A DNA stretch of 64,000 bases. Source: Camelus dromedarius. Its lineage: Eukaryota. A model generated the notes under the pieces. It was given only the letters and a program-made list of their open reading frames with translations. It made no database searches and had not been told where the DNA came from. The stretch covers positions 12,338,001-12,402,000 of the forward strand of contig NC_087436.1 of NCBI RefSeq assembly GCF_036321535.1. Reading direction: 5' to 3'. Of the stretch, positions 51,669 to 64,000 are shown piece by piece; the first letter of the stretch is position 1, and each line of letters begins with the position of its first letter. The position numbers and the translations under genes were made by a program.

Positions 51669-51774
51669 TTTCTCTTTTTAAAAAACTCAAGTACCATCAG
51701 TTACAATGTGTCAATTTCTGGTGTACAGCAATGTCCCAGTCAGGTATATACACACACATATTTGTTTTATATTT
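51669..51774 (-). mobile_element. Very short L1 3'-end insertion with TSD
   Basis: 'cagttacaatgtgtcaatttctggtgtacagcaatgtcccagtca' flanked by GATAAATATAATTTT (51654-51668) and GATAAATACAATTTT (51775-51789). Confidence 0.8.
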
Positions 51775-51799
51775 GATAAATACAATTTTAATAAATGTT

Positions 51800-52250
51800 T
51801 AATTTTATAGGAGTTTTTGATACACCACACTCAATTTCCCCTGTCATTCACATCTAACATTATTATGGTACATTTGTGACAATTCAATAACTAATATACA
51901 TTATTAGTCATTATTATTAACTAAAGTTTATACTTCATTCAGATTTTCTTAGTTTTTTGCCAGGGCCCCTTTTTCTGTCCTAAAACCCCTTTCAAGACAC
52001 CACATTACATTCAGCTGTCATGTCTCCTTAAGCTCCTCTTGGCTGTGACGGCTTGTCAGATTCTGCTTAGTTTGGTGACCTTGTTTTGAGGAGTCCTGGT
52101 CAGATATTTCGTAGAATGCCCCCTCAGTGGTATTTCTCTGATTTGTTTTTTCCACGGTTAGACTTGGGTTATGGGTTTGGGGGAAGAACACCAGAGGTAA
52201 AGTGGCTTTCTCATCACAGCCTGTCAAGGATATTAACATGATTTTGACGC
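51800..52250 (-). mobile_element. Old L1 (L1MC-like) 3' UTR fragment
   Basis: 'tggtacatttgtgacaat..tattaactaaagt..cattacattcagctgtcatgtctcctta..gggtttgggggaagaacacc'. Confidence 0.6.
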
Positions 52251-52866
52251 CTGGAAATTTAGTGTGAGGGGATCCATTAACAACCCTAGAGAAGCAAAAA
52301 GGGGGCGCAGACTCTGGTCTCAGTTCTAACAGAAGCAGTTGGATGACTGTGAGCCGTGAGCTTGCCTTCCCTATGTCCTTGTTCACTCATCTGAAGACTG
52401 AACTTTCATCCATTCCTAAAATTCAGTTATTCACACCAGCCAGGGGCACTCGAGCTGCTCTGTGGGGTAGAGCTCATGCATTTCCTTGGACTCTGGACCA
52501 TCTCCTTGAACAGACTTTGGTGCGATTCATGCAATACTGATAAGAACAGTCTAAAAAAAGCCTGTATCCCCAAGTCAAGCAGCCTGAGCTATAATGCAGG
52601 ACACCTGTTTTTTTTTTGCCTGTTGTTAAACTTTATCAGTATCCAATCAGTAATTAAGTTCAAAAAATGAAATGGACCCCTCCTTCATACTTCCTCTCCC
52701 TTGCCATCCCTCCTGCTTCTCTATCACAGCGTCTTAAGTCTATGTCTGAGTTGAAGCCAACCTTCAGTTACTGCAAATTGAAGAAAAAATATTCTGTTTA
52801 ACTAGATTTAAATTGCTATTAACACTTAATTGGTACATATGCAGAGCTATTATGTCTGTTTCTATT

Positions 52867-53480
52867 TGAGACAGGAGGGAAGGGGACAGGGCATAACCAT
52901 TAAAAGAATGACACAGCGATCAGCACCAAGATGGTGGGAGATTCAAGTCCCAGTTAGACGCTGAGCTTCAATATACGCTCACTGAAATACACTAGGATGC
53001 TATATGGCACTCCCACAGGTGCCAGGGCAGTTTTAAGGGTGACCAGAAAAGGTCAAAGGGTGAGTGATGGCCCAGTTCCTGGGAACCCCACCCCCTTCCC
53101 CAAAGTAGTTGAATCAATCCTCCCACTTGTTAGCATATGAAGTTACCAAGCCCATAAGAACTAACAACCCCACACCCTGTGGCCTCTCCTTTCTGGGTGA
53201 GACGGTCCGCACTCTGTCTATGGAGTGTGTATCTGCTTTTACTTTAAATTGAGTGCCCAACCCCACACCTCGTGGCCTTTCTCTCACCTTCTGAAACAGC
53301 CTGCACTCTGTCTATGGAGTATGTATCTCTCTGAATAAATCTACCTTTACTCAACTGTGGCTCACTCTTGAATTCTTTCCTGCATGAAGCCAAGGACCCA
53401 CACTTGGTGGGATGCATGCCAGGGACTCAATCAAGACCTGGGACGTGGCCATCTTCTTGCCCCACATTTTTCCTGTATCA
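52867..53480 (+). mobile_element. ERV solo LTR
   Basis: TG...CA termini with imperfect inverted ends (TGAGACAGGA / TCCTGTATCA), AATAAA at ~53334, and an internal direct repeat containing 'gcactctgtctatggagt' twice. Confidence 0.8.
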
Positions 53481-54873
53481 CATTTACACACAGAAGTTAA
53501 AATCAGATTTTTTCAGAAGCACCATAGCTAAAAACTTTCAGTAATATTTTGTTTTCTTTCTATTTTTAAAAAAATCCTCCTCTCACCATCTGGTATAGTT
53601 TGCCAAAAGCACTAGAAAGATGGCAGAACAAGGAAAAGGAACTCGGGTGGTCCGCAAATTGGGCAACACTGTCTTCGCCAAACTGAGAATTTACGTGTGG
53701 TGAGTAGTGTCCTGTGTCCTCACCTCCTTCCCCTCAAACTTGTAGGACTTAGAAGGCTCTGTCTTTGGCATGTGGTCATTAATAGCAAGTCACCGGGAGA
53801 AATCTCAGCAAGGCACACAGCCCAGATCCCTGTAATGTTCACAAAGTTTGATAAATACAGATGGTGTCTTCTAAGAGATAGGTAAATACATCAGTTTTCC
53901 TCTAGTGGAAAACTACTATATGAAAGCAGAAAGAAAATTCTCCTTGACATTTGGAAAATACCAGCGTCCACAGATGGAAGGAACAGTCTATGGGCAGTAG
54001 AATTAAACTTCTACATTAAATGAGCAAACCACCTATGCGAAACAATCTAGGCATTGTTTGCTAATAGTTATTCTAAAATTGTTTTTATAAAATATTTTGT
54101 ATGTTTCCATTACAATTTTATTCCTCTTAACTTTTTATGTGACTTTTTTTTTTAATCCAGAATTCACTTTTGACCTTGAGGAGTGACTGTAATGTTTGAG
54201 GAGAGGAAGCTGAGTTGTGGCAGGAAAATTTCTATCTTGACATCTTAGGTCTCTCTCTCTCTTTTTTTTTTCCTGTTTCTAAGACCAGATTTGTTTATTA
54301 CCTCAAACTGCTCATGCTCCCTGGAATTCCATGTGTACACCCATTGGTCACTGAAGTATATACTTTATCATGGAATCCTGAAATCTATGGAAATCAAATG
54401 GAAACCTAAGTATTAAGCTGAAATTTCAATCCATTTAAACCCTGTTCACCCCTAAGCTCTCAATCACAAAATGTGACTCAATAATGCAGAAAATGTCTAA
54501 AATGAAAATTCACATCCAAGTATCTGCATTCTAGAGATCCACTTCTGTATTCGTCCTAGTCAGCCAAAACACAGCAATATCAAGACTGGAGAAAATTATG
54601 AATATTTGTTCATAACTAAACTTTATTCTCAACACTTTTCAGTATCTCTTTTTTCCCCAAAAAAATCTGTATTAGGAAAAGATTATTAACAACCTTTTTC
54701 ATTGTAAAAATAAAATTGTAACAATTAAGGGGCATTTGTGTTTTGAGTGCTGCCCACATGTAGAGAAAAAACTTCCTATGTACCATGTTTCTCCTATTTT
54801 TCATCTTTCTTGTCCAACAATAAAAATTCTTTATCCTTCAAGATCAGGAAATGCCTTTTAGTTAAAGAGAATA

Positions 54874-55166
54874 GGGACATAGAACAGAAACTTGTGGTTA
54901 CCAAGGGGGAAGGGATAAATTGGGAGATTGAGATTTGCAGATATGGACTGGTATATATAAAATAGATAAACAAGTTTATACTGTAGGTCTGGAAACTATA
55001 TTCAATATCTTGTAGTAGCTTATGGTGAAAAAGAATATGAAAATGAATATATATGTATGTTCATGTATGACTGAGGAATTGTGCTGTGCACCAGAAATTG
55101 ACACAGCACTGTAAACTGACTATACTTCAATAAAAAAAAAAATCACTTTATAAAACTGAAAAAAAC
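54874..55166 (+). mobile_element. 5'-truncated L1 3' UTR with poly(A)
   Basis: Highly similar to 24250-24520 and 46728-46995. 'aataggga' is present on both flanks as a possible TSD. Confidence 0.85.
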
Positions 55167-55290
55167 AATAGGGAAGAAGTTTGTGTTTTAAGTAAAATTT
55201 CTTTAGAGGAATGACCAGTAGTTACTTGGGGAAATGGAAGGGAGGATGAGGAAAATCTAGGAATGGGTTTAAGAAGTACTAACTCTTAGA

Positions 55291-56160
55291 TGTTAATAAA
55301 TTGGTTTTCACTCGCACACTGACATCAAATATGTGGATTTTCCACACAAAGCAATTCTCTGATTCTCTGCAGACACCAACTAGATGTCCTATAATTTAAT
55401 CAAATTCTTACACTGCCCAGAGTCAGAGCAGACCCCACAGGTCAAGGATTCAGTCGCAAAAGACTGGTTCGGACTTCTGATGCCTGTCCCAAGTCCCAGG
55501 TTGTCCCTTTATTTCTGACCAACCGGCTATAAATCAGGAGTTCCCGTAACAACCTACTAGGGTTTGATAATTTGCTGTAACAGCTCACAGATCCTTGTTA
55601 ACTTGTTACTTAATCTTTACTTATATTTATCAGTTTATTATTAAGGGTATTATTATAAAGGAAACAAGGGAGCACCCAGATGAAGAGGCATATAGAGTGG
55701 GGTCCAGAAAGATCCTGAGACAGGAGCTTCTGTCTCTGTGGAGTTGAGCGCACCACCCTCCTGGCATATGAATGTTTTCACCAACCCAGAAGCTCTCCAG
55801 ACCCAGTCCCTTTGGATTTTATGAGGCTTTATTGCATAGGTCATGCTTGATTAAACCACTGGCCATTGGGGATTAATTAAAGATTCAACCCTCTAATCAT
55901 TCCTCAGCCCTTCTGGCAAGTAGCACCAACCTGAAGCTCTCTGGGGGCCCCCACCATCAGTCCTTTACATAAAGATATTCTTATCACAGGGGAGATTCCA
56001 AGGGTCTTAGAAGATCTTGTATAGGAATCAGAGACCAAGAGCAAATATTATGAAAAGAGATGCTCCTATCACTTCTATCATTTAGAACATTATAAGGGTT
56101 TTAGGAGCTCCAGGAAGTGGAGACAAAGGCCAAATATATACTTCTTCTTTTATTACATAA
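55291..56160 (-). mobile_element. MER21-like LTR, antisense
   Basis: 'gcaattctctgattctctgcagacaccaact..tgtcctataatt..ttctgaccaaccggctataaatc..ttttatgaggcttt..cttgattaaaccactggccattgg'. Reverse-complement similarity to 40940-41495. Confidence 0.75.
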
Positions 56161-56739
56161 TCATGTAAGTTACAACAGAGAAAAATGTACTAAAGGAAAG
56201 TCATGTGTGAAAAGTTATTATAAAGTATCTGGCAGAAAATGAATCAGCTCTAAGCAGGCAGCAGTCAGCACCAGTGGGTCCTCCTTCTCCAACTGCAGTC
56301 TCCTGTTCTCTTTGCCCTTTCAAAATTTCTAAATGGGGAGGGGACTGTTGTCCATGTGTCCCCAGGAACCAAGCTAGGCGTGATGATTCATGCAGGGGGA
56401 AGAAGAAGCTCTCAAACTATTTGAGCCTACATTAGGCGCGTCCACTTTAGAGGTCACCATGGGGTTAAAGACAGTAAAACCAGATTCGCAGTTAATAAGG
56501 CTAAAATTATGAAATGTGAATAGTTGCCAAAAATTACCCACTTAATTACTCTTCTCTGAGTTTTTTTTTTTTTTTGCCCTCTTCCCCTGCTTTTCTCTTG
56601 TCTTTCCACCCTTCCTCTGATGTCACTGCTGATGTCCAGATAATTATGTAGAGTGTTCATGCAACACAGCCGTGCCAGACAAAGAAGCATCTCAGACTCT
56701 GACGGTCTGCAAAGCATTCTGCTACTGAGTTGAGAAGAT

Positions 56740-57342
56740 GTGTTCATTCTCTACTGCTGCACAGCAAATGACCACAAGTTTAGTGGCTTAAAGCAGCACA
56801 CATTAATTATCTCATAGTTTCTGTGAATCAAGAGGCTGGTAACAGTTTGAGTCTTTTACTTGGAGTCTCACAATCAAGGTGTCAGCCAGGATGCATTCTC
56901 ATCTGGAGGCTCTTATGTGGAGACAAATCTGCTTCAAAGCTCACTCAGGTTGTTGGCAGAATTCCTTCCCTTTCTGTGAAAGAAGTGAGGGCCCCAGATG
57001 CTTGCTAGGTATGAGCTGGTGACATAATATAATGAGGCTACCCTCAGCTGCAGAGACCAGGCGTGGTTCCTAGAAGCTGTTCACAGTGCCTTGCTATGTG
57101 GTCTTCCTAACGAGGCCATTTACTTGATCAAGCCAACGAGGAGAAGCCCTAGCATGTGTCTGCTAGCAAGAAAGAGTCTCACAAACTGTAATATAACCAA
57201 TCACAAGAGTGACATTTCATCACTGTTGTCTTTTTCTATTGGCTAGAAGCAAGTCTCGGGTCCTATCACCCTCAAGGGGAGGGAGTTACACAGTCACAGA
57301 CACTGGGAGGTGAGCATCATGGGGAGCCACCTTATTCCACAC
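56740..57342 (-). mobile_element. MLT1-type MaLR LTR, antisense
   Basis: 'accacaagtttagtggcttaaagcagcaca..tctcatagtttctgtg..ctcactcaggttgttggcagaatt..ttggctagaagcaagtc'. Confidence 0.75.
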
Positions 57343-59924
57343 TGGGGAAACCGGGGACACTAAAAAATTACATATTATGTTTATAATTATATATACAAGT
57401 ATATCTATATCTATGTACTACTTGTATTCCTTGAAATTGATCTCTAGAAAGGCTACAGGCTAACAGTAAGCTTAAATGTAACCTAGCATGTTAATACATT
57501 CCACTTGTGTAGACATAATAGATGTGTTCAGGGCAGACCCTTTATTACAAACTATGGTTCCTTTTAAGGAAGCACACATAGGAGTGTACAATGGACTCCT
57601 TGCTATACTTACACACTGCTCACTATCTTATGCACAGAAACATTCAATACCAGTGTTTCAGCTACAGGAACCTCCCATCAAACCTACTTCAGACCAGAGA
57701 CTACGATATCCAGTGCCCATATTTAACAAAATACATTGACTACTAGGAAAGATATACCATGTCTACTGAGAAGTTAAACTCCAGAGGAGTCCAAAAGGAT
57801 TCTTGCAAGCTGTGCTCATAATTCTACCCATTTTTCATAATGAATAACAAATTCTCAGAGATGGTAAAGTCAAACAGAAACTACGTACTGAAATTCAAAT
57901 AAATAATTTACCTCCTCTGCAGAAATATACATCATTTTTCACCAAAGATAATTAGATTTTAAACTTCATTCTTTCTCAGCGGTTATCTGTACGAGCACGA
58001 AAGAATTTATCTACACACTAATGTTTTCAAAGACCATGTTTAATGGATTTCAAAATTAATAGCTGTCAAATAATACACACCAACACACACTGGTCACATG
58101 TTTCCTACAATGCTCAAATCCCAGATGAGTAGGTTCAGAAAATAAAATTTTAATTTAAAGGAAGATGCAAGGATTTAATCAAGATTATCATGGGTTCTTT
58201 TGCATTATCTTCCCTTTGCACATCTGGGGGCAGGGATGAGCAACTGTATCACCTGAATGCTGCTCTGATTTGCCTCCTCCTCTCCATCTTAGTGATTTCA
58301 CCCAGCCATTGTCGTTGCCCACCTTTCTTTAACCGGTTTTTCCCCACTGTAGTCTATGCTTTGTATAAGCATGGATGCAATTTTTCTAATTGAAAGCCTT
58401 CAATGGCTCCTCATTACCTACAGGGGAAGGCCCAGATTACTTAGAAGGACGTCGACAGTCTTCCATCATCTGGCCTCAACTTGCCTCTCCAGGATTAGCC
58501 TTTGCTGTTCTCTGTCTCACTGTACAGACCCATGCTCACTCGTCTCCAAATGCACACGGTCTTGCATAATTTTCTCCCTTCATATAAATAGCATTTATAT
58601 ACCATGTTCATGAAGCCAGTTCTCTTCTCGTTCTCTTGATGTTGATCTCTGGTGCATCTGTCAAGACCAAATTGGAATGTCCACTGCCATGTTGATATGA
58701 AGTGCCTTCCCCGCATTTCCCAGAAGTTACAAAAAGACTTTATTCTTATTGAAATTTAAAAAGAAAGACATAATTGAACTACAGTTTAATTATTTGTTAG
58801 ACTAACTAGATCGTGAACTGCTCAAAATCAGGGACTATATCTTACATTTTTTATTCCAAGCACTTTCTGTGGTAGTGGTGCCTGCTCTATGGTGTAAACG
58901 CTATCTAATTGTTTACAAATTGGTGTTTTTCTTTGTACATATCTCAAGTTGGTTATTTTTTGAACCACTATTCATTTTAATAATTAAATTAATACATATA
59001 TCTTTATTTATTTAGTCCACTGTGTTGTTTTTTTCCTATTGAGAAAACCAGAGATATTTCAATAACCAAACTTTTAATGTCTTCAAATATAAATTCATCA
59101 AGCATTTATTGGACCCATACTATACTTCAAATGCATTTATTATACCTCTATCATGCTTCAGACACTGCTTAAATACTAGGAATGATCTCATAATCTAAAT
59201 GTAAAGAGATTAATATAAACCAAAAAAAACCAACCCTACTATACTATATTTAGTGCTATGCTGGAGATATTTATAAGATGTACAGGAACACAGAAGAATA
59301 AGTGGTTAATCATGACTAAAGAATTCAGAGAATAAGTCAACCAACGTAATTCTGTAAAGACAGGCTGTGAGTTTGGTTATGTGAGAGCAAAGCATAGAAG
59401 GGAGAGGGAATTGGAGTGGCCAGTAGGAAAGTTTCATAGTCTGCTCCATCTGACTCTCATTCAGCTTCTATTCTTACGGTGATGCCCATGTTAAACTTTC
59501 ATACAACAAAAAGAGTAACATCACGCTTCCGTTTAAAATGATGCAATTGTTTCTGTACAAACAAGAGGAGCTTAATTACACTCCCCCAAATGAAAACATG
59601 AATTCCCAAACGGCACAGTATTCATACCTATATTATGTTATTTCCTCTTTAAACCAGTCACAATCCTGATTATTTTATGACCTAGAGGCTGAATTATTAA
59701 TTTAGCTACTATTTACACTCCTCATGTAAGATAGCTAAATGGAGAGGGGAAATGTATACACAACAGAAGAAGACACCACGCGTAGCTGCTGTGGTCTGCA
59801 TCGCTGTAAACTGGCCACAGGTGATAACAATTTCATCCCTGAGACCTAAGAGTTCTTAATTAGTAGGACCCAAGGTTGCACGGATGGCAATCCCATGTTT
59901 GTGAATGTGCCACTAGGTGTTGGA

Positions 59925-60140
59925 CAGAGTTTACCAGCCTTCACACTACTGACATTTGGAATGGCTAGTTCTCAGTTGTCGGGGGCTGTCCTGTGCACTG
60001 CAGGGTACTGAGCAGCACCCCGGCCCTCCATCTCTAGATGCCAGTAGCATCCTCAGAGTCATGCAAATCAAAAGTGTCTCCAGACATTGACAGGTATCTC
60101 TGGCAGGTATGGGGGGTTAGGGCCCAACTGAGAACACTGT
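59925..60140. mobile_element. MER20-like hAT DNA transposon relic
   Basis: 'cactactgacatttgg..gggggctgtcctgtgcactgcagg..agcagcaccccggccctc..tagatgccagtagca..tgtctccagacattg'. Confidence 0.8.
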
Positions 60141-60186
60141 GTAGAATGATAAAAACCACTTTTTTTCCACTCCTTATTTCCTGAAC

Positions 60187-60980
60187 TGTGGGAGCCCACG
60201 AATGGGTTAACAAATTGTAACAGACCCCAGCCGCTTGTCTCCTTAAAGAAGAGCAAATGTGCTTAGTAACTGTCTTGCTTGCATCGTTGAGGTTTTAGAT
60301 AGCACTCTGCTCGTTGCAAAGCAACGACCCAGACCCTCGGCTATAAGCGCTGGGCGTGCCTGCTGTTAGATAGTCTTCTATCCCCAAAGCAAGGAACTGG
60401 CCGGGCTGGCGGTCTGCTTTAACATATCTATAAGAATGTATCTTGCTCCCCTCTTCCCATGACTTCCCTAAAGGTAAACTGTAGGCCACCGAAGGAACGA
60501 GCCTTGGGCTGGAATGGTAAGCAAGTTGTAAAAAGCTGCAGACTCAGAGGTGAGAAGGCTGGTTAGCCACTGATGGGTAAGACCCCCAGAGGGGGGCAAC
60601 CTAAGACAGCACAGCCGCCTGAGTCCAAGAAAAATGTTAAGCAGCTGCTTCTCATATGTTCCACCCTGATAAGCTGTAAGGCTCGCTGGTGCCAACACGA
60701 ACATGATTTACCAAAACACAAAGGGTCTTCTGACCTTGAGCCAGACTCTACAATCTCAATCCCACCCTGTCTTTCCCTAAATTCCTGCATTCCATCACAC
60801 AACTGTCAGTGATTTCTCCTTTGATTGTACACAATAAATGTGGGAGCATTTGAGAGGTTCGTGGAGTTGGCTCCCAACTCCCTCTCACTCTCTTGACTTT
60901 TTCCACAGAGTCTCGAGTAATTCATTCCATCTCAGTGGGACTTCTGCTGGCCAGAACCCACAACTGGTGACGAACCCACA
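60187..60980 (+). mobile_element. ERV solo LTR (~790 bp)
   Basis: Inverted termini TGTGGG...CCCACA, AATAAA at ~60833, imperfect flanks CTGAAC / TAGAAC, and several retained CpGs. Family not assigned. Confidence 0.6.
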
Positions 60981-61824
60981 TAGAACCTGTATGTGCTGCC
61001 GTTGTCTCAAAACATACATCAAAACTTTATAGGACAGGTCAGCATCCTCGCAGGAACACCATCCAGGCAGGGCCATGACAGAACCGTTATTAGGCTGTTG
61101 CATCATTTCACCCTGCCAGCTGGTGGGGTACGTGACAATGCCTTGTGGATCTTGTGAGTGTTGGCCTTTTCCTCATCTATCTGACTATTAAATGAGTTGT
61201 TTGCTGAGAATACTGTGTCGAATGCCACAACAGCAAATAGGGCACCCAGTAACTCCACAGATGGTAATGCTGATGGAAGCACTGCAGGTAGGAAATGCAA
61301 ATTCATACGCAGAGTGTCTGTTTGAGAAAAAGTCCTCCCTGCTGCCTCTGAGTAATCAGCCCACTACCAAACAGCTGGTTGGTTCTCTGAGGAACGGAGC
61401 TAGGGAGAGGGCTTAACACTGGTCTCTGCTCTTGACAGGTCTGACACTCAGCTGGCCATGTGGTGGCCAGGCCTCAGACTGGGGTGACAAGGCAGATCAA
61501 ATGCTCCCTGCCCCTGGGGAGCATTCTAGTTGATCATGGTAGGAGGAAGGAGGTAAGAGAGGGGGGCTAGAGTTCTGACAGTCCTATTTCGTGGACTCTT
61601 TCCAAGACCCAATATTAATTTTACTTATTTTCCTGAGTCCTTGACTTTGTTTTCACTAACTTGATATTGTAAGAAGAAATCAGGATTTGTAATTTATTTG
61701 GACATATGGCAGTCTAACTTTAGAAGTCCAAGATGACAGTTGAAAAAGCTTCATTACTGCTGCAAGATAAGCAGCTTGAGACATAGTAGCCTACAACTCT
61801 AACCAACTCAGATGTTTTTTGACT

Positions 61825-62230
61825 AGTGACAAGATAAACTAAACAGGTTATCCTCATACAATGGAATACTATGCATCAATGAAAAGGAAAAACTATAGAT
61901 ATACATAATAATATAGAGACATCTTATATCTCAAAAACATTATACTGAGAAGGAAAAATCCAGAAACAAAATTAGACACTCTGCCTGACTTCATCTATAT
62001 GGGATTCTAGAATTGGCTAAACTAATCTATGTTTGGCAGAAACCAGATCAATGGTCACTATAGTTAAGGATGGGACTAGTGAAAGCAAAGGAGCAGGGGG
62101 GTTTCTTTGGGATGACAGGAAGGCATAACTTGATGAGAGTGACAGTTACATATGGTATATGTATTTTTCTACACTACAGTGTATTTTTAATATAAATCTG
62201 CCTCAATTATGTTCATTTATAATAAAAAAT
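61825..62230 (+). mobile_element. Old L1 (L1MC/ME-like) 3' end
   Basis: 'catacaatggaatactatgcatcaatgaaaagg..atctcaaaaacattatactgag..aaactaatctatg'. Confidence 0.65.
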
Positions 62231-62589
62231 ACAGAAAAGCAAGTTTCAGAGATGAAGGTAATAAACTCAGATTTCTTGAACAACCAATGAGGCAGTTGAA
62301 AAACAAGTTGACTTCAGGTTCTCAGAAGAATATTTAGCAAAAGTTTGAGTTTTAGGGTCTTGAGCATTTCAAATAGTGATTCCCTACCATAGTTGCCCAT
62401 TAGAGCTGTTAAGGGAGACGTTGGGTACACCAACATCTGGGTTTTTCCTCCAGAAATTCTGATTTAATTGGTTTGGAGAGAAGTGCAGAATATAGTATTT
62501 TTTAAAAAGCAGATACGTATTTCTCATGTGCCATCAGGCGTAGATACTGTTACTATAAAGGGTTATTGAAATTATGGAAACAGATCAGA

Positions 62590-63130
62590 TTTCTTTCAGG
62601 TAGCTCATAAAATGAGAAAAGAAGAGGAGTAAAGATCAATATTTACAAGGCTAAAATTTTTTAAAGTAATGAATCTTTATTAGGAGTATTGGTATGCTTC
62701 TCAACAAAGACATTAAAAGGATAATAAAACAATACTATTAAAAAGTCTATGTAAACAAATGTGCCAGTGTAGAAGTGGACGGAGTTTTGGAAAATACAAC
62801 TTACCAAATAAGAAGAAACATATATAACTATTAGAGAAATTAATTTTTTATCCAAAGCCTCTAAAAAACCAACTCCAGACCCAGATGGTTTCACTGATGA
62901 ATTATATTAAAAATCTTCAAGGAGGAAACAGCACTAATCTTGCACAGATGATTTAGAGGAGGTAGAATGAATTCCTAGCTCATTTTTTGAGGCCAATATA
63001 ACATTAATACTAAAATCTGACGGACATTATTGAAAAAACAGAAGGATGTTACAGGCCAATGTGCCTTATGCAAGAAGATGAAAAAAGCACTTCTAAATAA
63101 TTAGAAAATCAAATCCAACAATCCACAACT
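62590..63130 (+). mobile_element. Old L1 ORF2 fragment
   Basis: 'actccagacccagatggtttcactgatgaatt..ctcattttttgaggccaatataacattaatactaaaatctgac..tacaggccaat' is homologous to ~18320-18580. Confidence 0.7.
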
Positions 63131-64000
63131 CATGATAAATTATCCCTTGAGCACGGAGTTTGCCCACCACAGAAGAACCACTTGGGATGTGGGAGAAGCA
63201 GCTTCAGAGTAAATATTGACATTTGGAAAGAACAACAAACAAACCAACAAAAATAACTAGTGCCTACCGCAAAAGATGCAATTTCTGATTATTTCTAACA
63301 TAACTATGCATATTCTTGCTAGGGGTAATTAACCTGGGATTTAGGGGTGTTATTTTACCTTGAGTAAATGAATGTATCTCCCTGAGTATCAACAGAGATG
63401 TGTCTAAGACAGAGAGAATAATGTATTTCATTAAAGACCCCTAAATAATTAGAGAGTGGGAGGAATAGAATCTTTAACTCCTTATCATCATGCCAGGACA
63501 CTCTCTATTTAGCATAATTAAACTTTAAAAGATGAGTTCTAAGTTCCAACAGTCTTGCTCATTCTCTACTATTAATGTGCACTTAATATACTTGTTATAA
63601 ATCTGATCATTGTGACCTAATTACTACATAATATCTTACTTCTAAAGCAAGACACATTTAGGTAATTTCTATCATCTCTGTGGGATGTAATCATCACAAA
63701 AACTTTCTTACCAATTGAAGGTATTACTTGTCTCTACTTTAAAAATATACCATAATCATGACATCTAAACATAGCAATATATAGCCAATTAAGCCTACTC
63801 TAACTAGAATGTGTGAAGTTTCAAGAAATATGCTCTTTTATGTCATTTCAGTTACATTTTAAACCTTACATCTTGTGATCTGGAATCAACTTTCCTATTT
63901 ACCCTTTGCATTCTTGGCTGGTACCATAGAAATTTAAATCAAAACCTTCACTTACTTGCTAAGCTATGATCAGGTTTAATCAAGCATTCAACCTGAAGAG

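Overview
Mammalian genomic DNA, most likely a camelid, inferred from a Vic-1-like tRNA-derived SINE at ~27.9 kb and cetartiodactyl-type L1 3' ends. The left part holds the last three coding exons (CUB4 and CUB5) and the 3' UTR of an intact TLL1 gene on the + strand. An ~8 kb pile of rearranged L1 fragments (18.2-26.6 kb) follows. Then comes a CpG-island promoter with three RFX X-box-like motifs, in front of an intron-containing, disabled partial copy of MAP9. That copy has no start ATG, two lost splice acceptors and a 2-nt frameshift, and no MAP9 exons were recognised after the 321-bp exon. The rest is repeat-rich: a tailless 7SK retrocopy with a degenerate TSD, an internally deleted L1, ERV/MaLR LTRs, MIRs, DNA-transposon relics and microsatellites. 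The best leads are the MAP9 pseudogene with a retained cilia-type promoter beside TLL1, a probable synteny breakpoint, and recurrent 5'-head-to-ORF2 fused L1s. I found no evidence for a wholly new multi-gene system. Comparisons with reference proteins and repeat consensuses are from memory, not from alignments, and most ORF-track entries are spurious or L1-derived.
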